A stretch of DNA of 64,000 bases from Batkoa obscura. Lineage: Eukaryota. Shown piece by piece: positions 1-14,085 of this stretch. Location: contig JASVEC010000010.1 of the NCBI GenBank assembly GCA_030770535.1, positions 1 to 64,000 on the forward strand, given 5' to 3'. The translations under genes were made by a program, and so were the position numbers. The notes beneath the pieces were generated by a model that was not told the DNA's origin, searched no databases, and saw nothing but the letters and a program-made list of their open reading frames with translations. Every line of letters begins with the position of its first letter. The stretch's first letter is position 1.

Positions 1-39
<39 letters not shown>

Positions 40-811
40 CCCTAACCCTAACCCTAACCCTAACCCTAACCCTAACCCTAACCCTAACCCTAACCCTAAC
101 CCTAACCCTAACCCTAACCCTAACCCTAACCCTAACCCTAACCCTAACCCTAACCCTAACCCTAACCCTAACCCTAACCCTAACCCTAACCCTAACCCTA
201 ACCCTAACCCTAACCCTAACCCTAACCCTAACCCTAACCCTAACCCTAACCCTAACCCTAACCCTAACCCTAACCCTAACCCTAACCCTAACCCTAACCC
301 TAACCCTAACCCTAACCCTAACCCTAACCCTAACCCTAACCCTAACCCTAACCCTAACCCTAACCCTAACCCTAACCCTAACCCTAACCCTAACCCTAAC
401 CCTAACCCTAACCCTAACCCTAACCCTAACCCTAACCCTAACCCTAACCCTAACCCTAACCCTAACCCTAACCCTAACCCTAACCCTAACCCTAACCCTA
501 ACCCTAACCCTAACCCTAACCCTAACCCTAACCCTAACCCTAACCCTAACCCTAACCCTAACCCTAACCCTAACCCTAACCCTAACCCTAACCCTAACCC
601 TAACCCTAACCCTAACCCTAACCCTAACCCTAACCCTAACCCTAACCCTAACCCTAACCCTAACCCTAACCCTAACCCTAACCCTAACCCTAACCCTAAC
701 CCTAACCCTAACCCTAACCCTAACCCTAACCCTAACCCTAACCCTAACCCTAACCCTAACCCTAACCCTAACCCTAACCCTAACCCTAACCCTAACCCTA
801 ACCCTAACCCT
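1..811. repeat. Telomeric repeat array (CCCTAA)n = (TTAGGG)n, left chromosome end
   Basis: Perfect CCCTAA tandem array from base 1 to about 811, with one CCCTAAA variant near 17-21 and an abrupt junction to unique sequence (..ACCCTGGATCTC). Confidence 0.99.
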
Positions 812-1631
812 GGATCTCATTTTTTACCATATAAAACATCCCTTAATCTCAATCATCTTACAAATCCCTGCACAAATCATTCCAAAAACACAGTTTACTA
901 ACTTTCGACTACATATATCACTCCTGCCGCCAAAGAGTTTCTTTACTGATGCTGCACTCAACCCTACCCAAACTATACACCATTAAGAAAACTTCTCCCT
1001 TAAATGTGCCCTAAATTCTTATTTTTACAATTTTATCTTAAATCTTGTAAATCAATCTTTCCCTTTAAAGATGTTACCTGATAAACTATAATTTTTGTAT
1101 TAACTTGATTTGCCGCCTGTGTAAACCTTATAATAGTATCTCAATTATAATTTTAAAATTCCCAATTACAATCAAAAATTCCATAAATCAAAAAGTCCCT
1201 TATTACAAAACTATCAATATTTAGCTACTGATGAGATAACTCGAATACTTATTGTAAAAGTAATAGCTAATAGGTGTTATGAGTTTGTATTTCAGTTGAA
1301 TTTTTAAATATTTATTGGCTTTTTAATATTATTTTTATTTAAGTATTTTTATTTTGTCTGTATTACTTTAAACTACTTTTGGTCGTATTATAATTATAAC
1401 CCAGTATTCAGTCTTACACTCATTAATTTTATCTAACCCTAACTCTAAAAATAACTCTAAAAATATTATTGACCTTAAAAATATCCCCAAAACTTTACCT
1501 TTATTTTAATTTATTATTAAAAAAATTTACTATTTAATTTCAAAAAACGCTGCTCTCATATTTTAATGCTTATATTTAGTAATTATAATAAAAAATAGTT
1601 ATTGTTATACTTTCTATATATAGCTGTTTAG

Positions 1632-2160
1632 TGTAAAATATCGGTTTGTCAGCTCCGTGATTGATTATAGCATAATAATCACTTAAGTTGTTGTGTTCTC
1701 GAGTTCAGAAACAATCAATCCCATGCTCTTAATTTGATTTGCGACGAGAATTTTTGCCATTTGGCTCCGAGGGACCTTGTCCTCCTGTATTAACATTCAC
1801 ACTTGTTGGAGTATAAAAGAGATTTTAGAACATAATAACTTGAGGCTTTTTAATTGAATTGTTCCTTGATATTATACTTTTAATAAAGCCGCTAAATCTT
1901 TCTGGTGGTATTTTACACATATTTTACAGCAGTACTGTATATTCTACCTGTCTTACATGGTCCATAACTTATTACATGATATTCTTTATAATTCGAGTCT
2001 ATCTTAGCTACATAAACTAAGACCTTTTGACTCCAATCACTGAGTATTAGATTTCACACTTATTATATATTATTTTTATTAGTTTAAGTTTACCTTAATT
2101 ATATAAACTAGGATTTTTTAATTTATAGCTAGTTAATTAAGCAAAAATTACTTTTAATTT
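1632..2160. repeat. Dispersed ~530-bp repeat, copy A (degenerate; probable transposable-element relic)
   Basis: Aligns by eye in the same orientation with 60404-61075; 21 mismatches in the first ~120 aligned nt. Confidence 0.85.
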
Positions 2161-2280
2161 TAACCATTAAGCATTAATTTTTATATCAAACTGTTATTTA
2201 TCTTAAATAATTACTTACTTTTTTATTTAATACTTACTATTTTAAAATTAATAAATAAATGGGTTTTTTAAAATAAGTAA

Positions 2281-2380
2281 TGGGGATGTATTTTTTTGTT
2301 TAAGAATTTTACTACAACCTTTCCACTCAAATAGTGCTTAAAAAATAGAAAAATAATGAAACCAAAAAAAACAGCCCCTA
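2281..2380 (+). mobile_element. ~100-bp MITE-like TIR element
   Basis: TGGGGATGTATTTTTTTG...CAAAAAAAACAGCCCCT termini; matches the family consensus. Confidence 0.85.
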
Positions 2381-2745
2381 ATAATAAAAGCAAAGAATTC
2401 TAGCTAATTAATTTAGAAGTGTAATAAAAACTAATTATAATTATTTGCATTATAAAATATATAAAGTATTAAAATTCAATTAAAATAAATATTTAAATAG
2501 ATTAAATTACCAGTTTAAATAAAGCGTTTTGTAATTAATGCTAAATATTAGTATTTGGTTATAATATATTATAGCTATAAAGTACCCAGTAAAGTACTAA
2601 TATTATAATGATCTGTGAAATTTAAAAAGACATTAATTTGATTATACTTTATTAAACAAGTCAATAAATAAATATGTTTATTTAATGTTTATCCTTAACG
2701 GTTAAATTTCAAAATAAGATTGAAATCTAACTACAAATTTAAATA

Positions 2746-2841
2746 TGAGGATTTGTTTTTATGTTTAAGAATTTTACTAACAATTTTTACAATCAAATAG
2801 CGCTTAAAAGATAAACAGTGATAAAGCCAAAAAAAACCTTA
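2746..2841 (+). mobile_element. MITE-like element, degenerate copy
   Basis: Contains the family core GTTTAAGAATTTTACTAACAAT..CAAATAGCGCTTAAAA. Confidence 0.8.
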
Positions 2842-3189
2842 TATACTTTTTTATGTTATAGTAATATTATACTTTAATTTTTCATAATTAAATTAAGTAA
2901 TATTTAACTCTACTGATAAAAAATAATAAAACTGATTAAACTAGTTTTTATCGAATAAACTTGAAATTAGGTATTAAGTTTTGTAATTATTGCAATTTCT
3001 TAAATTCAAGTCACACAGTATCATTTAAACAAGTTTATTTCGAAATCACGATTTACAGCTGCCGCAGTTATATTGCAAATTACCAAATTGCTTATTTAGA
3101 GACTTTATATCAAGATTCATCTAATATGAGTCGGGGTTTAAAATATTAGCTATATAAATAATTTGACTACAAAAATTTTATCAAAAGAC

Positions 3190-5742
3190 CCAAAAGCTGC
3201 AATCAAGTGTTTAGTCACTATAGTAAATTTTCAAAAGGAATATACAAGTAAAACGGTACAATAAAGTAAGTTTTTACAGAAAAACTTTTTAAAATAGAAG
3301 CTCAAGTACAGAGCTTTAGTGCCATTAGATAAGTTCCAGTTAGTACTTGAGGAGATGTAGAACCTTTCTACTCCAGAAATTGAAACATGCATAGCCAATT
3401 TATTAAATCATTTTAAGGTGAATCTCAATGACCAGATAAGTAGACTAAATTCAGAGTAATGTAAGAATGCCAATTTTGACTAATACACAAAGCTATTTCA
3501 TGACTCCACCTATATGCTTTCCTTACAACAATTTAGGTGAAAAAGAGAAGCCAGTCGCTAATAACTAAGACTTTTTAATAGTACTTTAGATAAGCTTTTT
3601 ATCTTGCTATGCATTTTCGATAGCATAGAGCCTTTAATAACAACAATAAGCATTGTAGAATTAACTCATTTCCCTATTTCTTTAGAATGCTTTGTGCTAC
3701 CTGACTCTACATTTATTAAAAAATATTATGATAAACTCAAAGTGATAGATGGTAGTATTTTAAAGGAAAGTTTTTTCAAATTTAGTGAAGTTTATAATAA
3801 AGTTATTTGCTTGCTAAAGCTTAACAATATTATGCTTGGTGTCCAGCAATTTCTGGTTCAGTTCTTATGCTTACAAAAGGAATGATTCATAAAGCATTGA
3901 TTCATAAAGCATTGAATTAAACCAACCAATGCTATATGGTACCTACTCCAATATTTTCAATCAAAGCTTAATGAGGTATCAAACTTTTAAAAGCCTTGCC
4001 TGTCTTCAAGTTTCTTTATCCTCTTTAAAGACTCGTTCGACATTCTGTTAAGTGGGAATAATCTAAGCACCCACTCTGAAGATAGTTATAGAAACAATCG
4101 CGACGGCATTATTATTGAAAACACTCTTTGAAATAACTATAACATGAAAATATTTTCTGAATTAGTTAATTTGATTGGTGATAGTGTAAAATTAAATACC
4201 AAGTTTCCAATAAAAACAGAGTTTTTTAATGAGATTATGAATTTATTTCCAAAAGTAATGTATTAACACTATAATATTAGTATCAAATGGTCTTTAGATA
4301 CAAACTCTAAGTTTATTGAGTTAGTTGCTTTGGTCCCCTTAGAATCATTATACTTAGTGTTCACAAGGCAAAGGAATGAGTCAAATTAAACATTAGCATC
4401 TAAAAAGGTTTATTTTAAGCAATTAAAAAGCTATTTATTAAGCTATTCAGGTTTGTTCTAAACTATATAGCTAAGCCTAAAAGTTATGCTTATTTACAAA
4501 GAGTGACGTTACTGAATGAATGAAAGGAGTGCCTTTTTCTTGAGTTATTAGTTGTATTCTATAAAATATTAAAGAATGGTAGCTTTAAATCCATTGACCT
4601 TCAAGATAAGTTGATAATTTTTGATCAATCCTTAATTTATTTGAAAGTTTTTTTCCAGTTTAATGACTCTTCATTTAGCGGCTTTGCGGTAACAACATAC
4701 AATTGTTATTGTATCTATAAAGAATTCTATAAAAGATTAGGCTCGTTTGAGCAAACGTAAATTGTTCTCAAAAGGATTAAATTCAATACTGAAGCACATG
4801 ATTTTTTTAATCACACAATTTATGTAATAAATACATGCCTGGTCCTTTTTGGGAAATGGTTTTGATAAAATACTGTACATCCGGCTATCAAGGCATGAAG
4901 GGACAATTTCTAGTAAATCATAATATGATACCTGTCTTCAGTAAGGTTATCGGGATTTTATTTCTTAAAGACTATCACCTTTTAAACCCATCATACATAA
5001 CTAATACTTTATATATATCAAAAGTGCTGACGATGATGAGGTTATAGCAATATTCAATTGAATTTATCCGAATTTTTATAAAGTATTTTGCCTTAAAGCA
5101 TACCAAGTCTTAAGCAAACGTTGTTAAGAAAGAATCTAGTAAAACGTCCCATGCACTTAGTTATATCAAGGATTGTAGCGCACTCAAGTAATATCATTAT
5201 GAATACTGTAAAGTTATATCGATTTAATAACTTTACAAAAAATTTTAACCCCTCAGCTTACTCCTTCATATATCTTGAGAACTCTTCAAGCGATTATGAC
5301 ATTATAGTAGTTGAATCTGTATATAGCTTATTTACTAAAACATTCTCAATTTTTGAATTTTAAAACAATGTTTCAAAAGAGTTTGTAGCATCACACTTTG
5401 TATTTTTATTAGTTCATAGCCTTGTGTTTTCGGCTCAAAACCCAAATTATTACTAAAGTCAAAGGACAAAAACAATAGTTGTAAATTTGACCATTATGAA
5501 AAATCGCTAAATGACATAGATATAGATATAGATATGAGATTTTAAAAGGATTATTCGAAATACTTAAACAGCTAGAAAATAATGAGGAATGGATGAAATT
5601 GTTAGGCTTTATTCCACTTGAAAAAAACTATTCATATAGTATTATTAGTATTGCGAAATCAGATTTGTATAAACTGATTGTAGTAAAACATTGTTTAGTC
5701 CCATTAACGAAAGAAATTATAGAAATGTCACAAGGTATCTAA
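3190..5742 (+). pseudogene. Decayed subtelomeric coding-like sequence, product unrecognised
   Basis: Run of + strand ORF fragments (3604-3885, 4835-5047, 5121-5363, ~5550-5742) with protein-like composition, broken by stops and frameshifts. Boundaries approximate. Confidence 0.35.
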
Positions 5743-5890
5743 TCAAACCAATACATTAAATAAACCATATTTAACCAACCATTAGTATAATTATGAAAAA
5801 AATGAACTTGCTTCGATTATAAACCTGGTTTTTAAAATTATGTTATGTTATACTATGTTATGTTATGTCATTAAAACGATATATTTGTAG

Positions 5891-6870
5891 GTTCATTGGG
5901 AGCCAAATTTAATAACTTAGAAATATATTAAAACATTACAACTATTCTATTTATAAAAAAGCAATTAAATTCAAGTTGATAAAAGTCTTAACTGAGGAAA
6001 TTTTACATAAGTATGAATCTATAAAAAATATTTATAATGAAGCTGAAATAGATGATAATATATGCAGTTTAAAACGATAAGAATATGTGAGTTTAGCCCA
6101 TTGTAGATTATCTCCCTATGCTTACTATTTCCTTTGTTTCGAAAGAACCCATTTGATTATACTCCTGCTTTATATACAGTTCTATCATGGAACTTCAAAA
6201 CATCATTTAGTGTCTTGTTTCAAATGCTATTTAATTTAAGTGATAGTGATAATGAAAATTCATATCAACATATTCAATCGCTGGCTAATTCATCAAAACG
6301 TAAATCAGCCTGCATATGCAATAAAATACAATCCCTTCTTTAAAGCTAACGATGTGTATAAGGAATTAAATACAAACTTTATGAAAGTGAAAAGCAAGCT
6401 TAAATTGATTGGAAAACCAACACTTGAAGAATATGACCTAATCTTATTTAGTAGTAATATTGACAAAATATTAAATAGTAATGATATTAATAAAGTAACA
6501 ATTAAAGATAAGAATGATGATGGAGTATATAGGACGTCTAAAACGCCCATAGATGCAATCAAATTCGTGCCATCAAAGTTCAATTGTAATTTTGATAACA
6601 AAAGTTCAGGAAGTAATGAGAAAACTATTGAGTTATCTCATAGCGATTTTAACTTATTAAGTTTAATAGAATCAATATTTGAGTGTTTTTTTATTTCACC
6701 ATTTTTTCCATTTTTAAGCTCTACTTGAGTGGAAAAATTGTTAAAAAAATCTTTAAACAAATATATCCCCAATATTGATTTTAGTGATCAGCTTTATAGA
6801 TATCGTTGAAGTCTTAAGAGCATTGATATTAAAAGGATTATTAGAATTTTCCAACAAATATGATGTTAAT
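5891..6870 (+). pseudogene. Decayed ORF interrupted by a MITE insertion
   Basis: ORF 6240-6728 runs into a reverse MITE, which supplies its last ~16 codons; coding-like sequence with stops lies upstream. Confidence 0.35.
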
Positions 6871-7329
6871 ATCTTTCAGTTACATTGTTTCGTCCATTAT
6901 GTTTAATTTACTCAATTTGTGTAGAAAAAAGTAGTAAGTTCCCAAGTATTTGGAAAAGTCAGAACTAAATATAAGGCTATATTTTCGTGCTTAGGAATTT
7001 TACCAACAAATTTTCCACTCAAATAGTGCTTAAAAGATGGAAAAAATGATGAAGCCAGAAAAACATCCCCATATCTTTATCATAATATTATTTATATAAA
7101 TAAATTTTTAGAAATTCAAGATGATCAGTTTAATTCAGCTTTTGTTTCGATAATTTATAAGTTTAGCCTAAATATTATAGCTGGATTTTTGGCTGAATTA
7201 TATTTCAGAAAACTTGAGTATATTTTAATATATGGGGATGTTTTTTGGCTTCATTACTTTCCTATTTTTGAGCGCTATTTGAGTAGAAAGATTGCTAGTA
7301 GAATTTTTAAACGAAAAAATACATCCTCA
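6679..7329. mobile_element. Cluster of three MITE copies (6679-6771 -, 6972-7071 +, 7233-7329 -)
   Basis: Each matches the ~100-bp consensus or its reverse complement. Confidence 0.82.
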
Positions 7330-7688
7330 TATTAATAAAAATAGTTCTAAAAAAAATATTAATCTAACTAATATTATACTTTTCAATTCAATGTATTTTG
7401 ACTTCGATATTATCAAAAATAACTCGATCAGAATCATTACTTTATTGATAGCTTTATAATTTTATAATTTTAAAAATAGTATAAACATTGATTTATATTT
7501 AAATAAATTATTGTATTAATTTTAATATTTATTTACATTTGTTAATTATAATAAATTATAAGTTATTTTGATTTATATTACGCTAATATATTATTTAATA
7601 AAACTAAATTATCAGAATATCGTATTTTATAAAAAAAAATTTATTTTACTTTAAATTTCATAGAAAATATAAAGCTTTGGATGTAAAC

Positions 7689-10111
7689 TTAATTTCCACC
7701 CCATTCACCATCAAAACCGTTGAACCCCTATTTTTAAATTAATACATTAAATAAATAAATAAATAAACTAATTTTTACAGTCATCAAAAATACTGGGAAA
7801 AAAGGCTTTTTCTCAATTGAAGAACACCAATTCCATGCAGAAGTTAACCTACCATCAATACAAGAACCTAAGATTATTAATTACTATTTTGAAATGAATA
7901 TTAAATAAATTACCAGCATCAAAAAAGTTATCTGCTCCGGAACCATCAAATGCACTTCTAAAAAAGTCTGCAAGAATAACTTTGCGTAAATTGGCAATAC
8001 TTTCAAATGTATTATTAATATATTTTAATAATCCATTATCGTATTCTTTCATTTTACGTCTTTCTTCAAGATTATCTAAATATTCTAAGCAACGTACTAT
8101 TGGATTAAGTATACGAGCAACTTGGTTATATTTATCAATAAAAACTAAAGCATTTGGTACATTTCGATCTCCGAGATGAATTACGGATGAACCTACCCAA
8201 TAACCAACCTTTTGTTGAGCACGATGTAACGTACGGTGTGCAATTTTAGATACATTAGGGCAGTTTTGAACACGATTAAGCCCTTGTCCAGTATCACGGA
8301 GTCTATAGATATTTGGTCCAAGTAAATCTTCATCTGCATAATACCAAAACATAAACATATCATGTAATATTTCTCTCCATAGAGTCAATGTTTGATGGAC
8401 ATATTGATATTGTGTTTCATGACTATGAGATAACCTTGCTCCACCTCTTCCACTAGCAATAGCCAAATTGAATTGGATCTCGGAAGGCTTATTTGGTGAA
8501 AAATAAGTTGAAAGATATTTAAGCATACGATCACAAGGATCACTTATAAATTAAATGTCATTATGTATTTATGTTTATGAATATTATTATTTACCGGTTG
8601 AATCTTAAATACGCATGGTTATCACCAATCGAATAAAGACATGTTTTAATCTCATCAGGAGTTAAATTTTCATTTGAGTACTTTTGACTTAAAAATTCAA
8701 TTGATCTTTCTTTTAATTTTATCTCCATTTGAATTGCGCTCCTGGATTTACCTTCTGCAATAATTTCTTTAGTGGCTTGCATCATATGTTCATTGTTCAA
8801 CAGCTCTAAGCCATTTCTTTCTTGAAGGAAATTATAAACTGTAGCAATAGGCTTGATACATGAAAATCCCAACATTTCCTGTACTTCTGGTATACAAGAA
8901 TCCTACCAATAAAATGAATAAATAAATAAAATTAACAATCATATAATAATACATACTTGGAGCAAGAACATTAATTTTCCATAAGCAGTACGCATTTTTT
9001 CTGGATTCATGACCTTATATCTACGCCCTATTTCAAACAAATCTTGGAAAAAAAATTCATTTTCTTCAAAACTTTTTGTTGCAAACAGTTGTTGGCCTCT
9101 CCTATAATCACTATTTTATAATTAATTTACAAAATTACGCTCATTTAATAAAAATAAGATTACCAAGCAACCTAAAGTTATAATTAAATTAAGTTAAATT
9201 AAATTAAATAAAATTATATACTTACCATAAGCCCTGACAAAATTGCACAGATATCTTTAATTTGATGTACAATTCTTTTGTTCTTATTCCCATACATCAA
9301 AATATCAATTTTATCAACATACTCACTGACGTTTAATGCGGATTCTAATCTGAAATAATTAATATTTTCTAGCTGTAAATTTTATAATAATTTACAATCT
9401 TAGTTTCTTTCTATCATTTACAGATAATCTTAATGGGATATATTTAGACCTACATTAATGAATAAAATTAGAGTCATAAAATAATCATTTCAAATCAAAT
9501 ATTATACCTTTCAATTATCCATTCTCCAAAAGATGAACCTGTAGTAATAACTGTACCTAGATTACTATCAAATTTTATTTCTTGATCTATGGGCTAATAA
9601 AATTAAAAAATCTTTCAAAATTTAAAATAATTACTGTTGATGTACGGGTAGAGTTAGGAGTACTTTTTAATGAATCAATACGTGAGTTACTGGGATTAGC
9701 ACTTATTTGTTCAGAAATGGCGTTTGCTTGTGGTACTTGTAAAGATTTCGTTGAATGATTTTTTCTTTTTCCAGTTCTATGAATCATATGGAAGCATACT
9801 TCGCAAAAATCTTCATCACACTGTTCACAAAATAACCCTGCCTATTAAAGAAATAAATGATATGACATAGTATTTAATATCTTTAAAATTACTTTTTGGT
9901 CTCTGCATTCTACGCAAAATCCTTGGTCAGCTGGAGAGACATTATCAGAGTTATTTTCCGAGTCATTGGCCTCGTTTTCTACGGCCCCAACTTCAATATT
10001 ATCTTCGTCTTCTGAGTTTGTTTCTAAAATATTTCCTAAAGTGGATTTAACAGGGTGAACTTCTGTTGACGAAGGTTCAATAGCATCACTTTCTATATGC
10101 TTTTCCTCCAT
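7689..10111 (-). CDS. UPF0652/DUF2009-family protein with N-terminal B-box-like zinc finger (multi-exon; true start may lie slightly upstream)
   Basis: CVEC..CEQCDEDFCEVCFHMIHRTGKRKNH zinc finger; GARLSHSH, LRDTGQGLNRVQ, VIHLGD, FDGSGADNFFDAGSCIDGRLTSAWNWC motifs; ends GFNGFDGEWGGN*. Confidence 0.85.
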
Positions 10112-10546
10112 TGAATCAACTTTTTTAAAACGTTTTTGTGGTGGAGTTAAAATTTTGATTTAATTTATATTAAAATAATGAACAAGTAAATATAGTACTT
10201 TTAATTTAGAATTTAAGTCTAAAACAATTCAACTTTGCACTCTTTTCAAATAGCAAATAATTTTAACTTTTGTCATTTTTTAATGATAACTTAAGCCTGT
10301 TAAATTTTTTGTATTTACAATAAATCTCATTGGCTAACTTACAAATTAAAGTTCTTTTGATTTTAATAAGTTAAAATCAATAAAATTATATTTCTATGTT
10401 ATATTTATTATTTTAATACTATAATAAATTTTGGAATATCATTATTAATATTTAAATAAAACTAAATGCAATATTTCAGATTAAGTTATAATATAAAAGC
10501 TCAAATATAAGTTTAAATATAGTTTATTATTTGACATTATTACACA

Positions 10547-13096
10547 TCATAAATTTTTATTAAGCTCAAACATCTAAAAAAAATAAGATCAACAATTTTA
10601 ACTATAAATATATTAATTACTAAGCTTAAGGCTCTCATCATCATTCCGCGATTGAAAGGATTCGAATTCATTGGCTCTTCCATTTGCGAAGATCTAGTAT
10701 AAAATGAATGTAATAGATCTTCATTAACTACATTATTAGCATCAGTGGTGTGCCCAATATCTTGCTTAGAAGACATTAATTCATTTGTTTCCCCTTCCTT
10801 AATAGAGTAAGTTGTAAAATCTTTAACTTTGTTTAAAAATAATGAACTTGTTGGATCTTCTGGAAACCAATCAGGATTATGTCCCTATTTTTAAGGTTTA
10901 GTTTAATTCTATTAAAATACAAATTCAATTACTTTAAAAGTAATAATTGATTTTTCTAATTTTCCGTCTTTTGAAGTATATTTTCTATTTAAAGTATTAT
11001 TATCTAAGGTTGATGGTACGCCAGACTAATATATTTGTAAATATTAACTATTTAAAATCAAACATTAATGTACCTTTTTATCCCCGTGTTTTTGTAAATT
11101 GAATGAGGCAAAAGAGCACACGTAACCTAACCCAGATTCTTTAGAAGAACACTCTCGAAATAAATCAACTATATCAAAGCTTGAGTCTGGTAGTGAAAAT
11201 AGCAAGATATATGGTGTAATAAATAAGCCAAATATTTCATGAATTAATTGTACAACTTGTAAAGTAAACATTGAAGCAAATTCTTGTCTCACCTTATATA
11301 AATGGTCAAAATGTACTTAATAATTATAAATAGCCTTACTTTCTCTGAATGAAGTTTGTCATGCCAAGCTTTCGGCATATAATGTAAATATTCTAAAAGC
11401 ATAGCTAGATGTGATTCTGCATTAATAATTTTGGCTTTTTCAGCCACTGGAGGGCGAGTTATTGCTAATACCATTCCTAATATCGCTGTACACGCCAATA
11501 CTGACCTTCCACCAATGATCTCAAATTGTAAAACTGCTTCTGAATCAAATATTGCTAATACAGCAAATGCTCCTGCTAAAGTTCCAGCAATAAAAGTTAT
11601 AAATTTCATTAGTTTATCTGTTTTTTCTTTAGGAAAATGATTCAAGTATTCTACAGCTATAGGGTATGAGTTATCAATCCTATTTCGGAAGTGATGTGGA
11701 AGTTCATTAAACTCTCTAAATTTCCATTGTGATAGTAAAGTGTATTGCCTTATACCTAATGCTTTAGGATTTTTGTAGTATTCCTAGATGAATTTCAAGT
11801 TAGTAAAAAAGACACCAGAAACTAGATATTACCTCAAAATATCTAAAAACAAAAAAGCAAACTGTATAAATAACTATCACTGGCCCAAAAATTAAATTAA
11901 TAAGGCCCATTAATTTAAATTTGCGATTGAGCCTAAATAGAAAGTTAATTTTAAAAACAATAAACGATAATCAATATACTTTGATGCCCAAATCTTCTTT
12001 TCTTCTCTATTAAGTATCCCTCTATTGAGTTTGCCTCGAGAATCAAAGAAAGTGGTATCAATACAAAAGGATATATTCCATTCTAAACCTTTTGTTAAAG
12101 CTATTGGATAAAACCATCCGCCAAGCATTCTAGGGAATTGTATTCCCAATTTAAGTTTATTTAAATTATAAAGAGCAATAAGGTAATTTTCTTTCCGTAA
12201 AATAAGATGTGAAATTTTGTAAGCGTCCAATTTAGCAGCTCCTAAATTGGCAGTTGTTATTACCAAATCGCTGCTTGGGGCATCTAAACGATTGATTCTT
12301 TTTGTTACTTCCTTCCAATCAACAGATTGCATATCTTCCTAGTCCAAAAATAAGCATATCTAAGTAAAATAAATGAACTAAAGCTTTACGTTTGGTATCC
12401 CTAAAACTTTGGTATAAAAATGATACATTTCCAAAAGATCTCTCGTTTCATAAATAATTTTAGCTAGATATCCTACTATAATAAAACCAAAGAAAATTAA
12501 TCCAAGCTTAGCTAAAGCTGGCAGCCTAAATTAATTTTAATATCTAGTAACAAAAAACATATAACACAACTTACTCATGTAAGCATTTCTCAGCAATAGC
12601 GTCATTTAAGCTATTTCCTGGTTTAAATTTATCATAATTTAGACATCCTCCAGTAAAAGTCAAGAAAGAAACAACAAATACCATGGACCTTAAATATAGT
12701 TATTTTAATAAAATAAGATCATTTATTGTCTTACAATAAATTCAATATCTCAGATAAAACTATACAATGGATGCCTTTCCCTTCATAATAATAATATACA
12801 TTTCGCAGGTATTGATCTAAATTCCCAACTTTTTCCCAATTGAATTGATATGGCTCAGTTACATTTTTAATTCTTTCTTTTCTATTTGTTCTCTTCTTTG
12901 TCTTTTTTCCTAGTTTTAGATGCTGATCTATATTAGATTCATAGGTATTCATTTCTAATATAAGCGAAGGTGGGGCGTCTAATTCGTCTCCATCGAAGTC
13001 TTCATTTTGTCTGCTAAATTCCTCCAGGCTACCAGTGTTTATAGTTAAGTCGGAACCCTCATCATTTAAACGAAGCTGCTCATATCTATGTGCCAT
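10547..13096 (-). CDS. ATG9: Autophagy protein 9 (lipid scramblase), multi-exon
   Basis: NLDQYLRNVYYYYEGKG, ILRKENYLIAL, LTKGLEWN, WKFREFNELPH, GLGYVCSFASF and KLEKS motifs typical of Atg9. Confidence 0.95.
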
Positions 13097-13988
13097 TGAT
13101 AAAAGTAAAATAGAAATAAGTTGAAAATTCAACAGTCACAACTTAAATTTAGATTTTGCACGCATTAGTTAAAACTTATTGTAAATTTAAGCTATAAACA
13201 GCAAATTGAGAAACTTCAAAAATCATTTACAATTAAAATAACATTTGTATGATATAAGCATATATATATAGGAAATAAATAAATACATAATATACATGTT
13301 TTCGTACATAATATATTATAGCTATACAGCCATGTAAAAGTAGTGCGAATAATCTATAATCACAAAAATGAATCCAGTTTTAGATCATGCTTAGTTTACA
13401 TAGAAAATTGATTATTTTTTCAAAAACAAATATTCTAAAAACTCTAACATGAACAATAACCTTGCTTTGTGATAGAAACATATATGTGACATTTAGTGTT
13501 ATCAAATCTATAATGAATTCACACTAAAATTGTTAAATTTAAATGGTCTAATGATGATTTATTTTTAAATAATAATTTTACAAAAATAAATGTTATAATA
13601 TATCAGTCTATAAATATTAATCCGAAGAAGTCTAAAATATAAGCGACTTATAACTAAAGCTATAGTAGGATTAATTCGAACACTTCAATAATATTAGTTT
13701 TTTTGCTCATTATCAGGATATTTATATGAAAAATTATGACAAATTAAAAACTTTGCTTCATGTTTAAACTGAGTATATAATATTATAAATCTATAATTTG
13801 AATATAAATTAATTAAAATCTAAAAACCACTTAATCTAGTTTGATAAATAATTGTAAATATATTTTTGTTAATAAATAATGTTGCTTTTTTTTTTGTCTT
13901 GATCATATCTCCCTTTTATTTGTTTATTTATTTTTGTTTTTCTGCCTTTGTTTTTCTACTACTTTTCTATTTTGACCATTTAAAATAA

Positions 13989-14085
13989 TGGGGATGTATT
14001 TTTGTGTTTAAGAATTTTACTACCAAATTTTCCGCTTAAATAGCGCTTAAAAAATGGAAAAAATAATGAAAAAAAACACTTCCTA
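13989..14085 (+). mobile_element. MITE-like element ~90 bp upstream of the RRB1 start
   Basis: Matches the consensus. Confidence 0.85.

Noticed and set aside
17..820. 267-aa (RV)n ORF
   Set aside because: It is the translation of the TTAGGG telomere repeat, not a gene.
1632..2160. Classical RIP
   Set aside because: The transitions fall in mixed CpG, CpA, CpC and CpT contexts in a small hand-counted sample; this is not enough to claim RIP.
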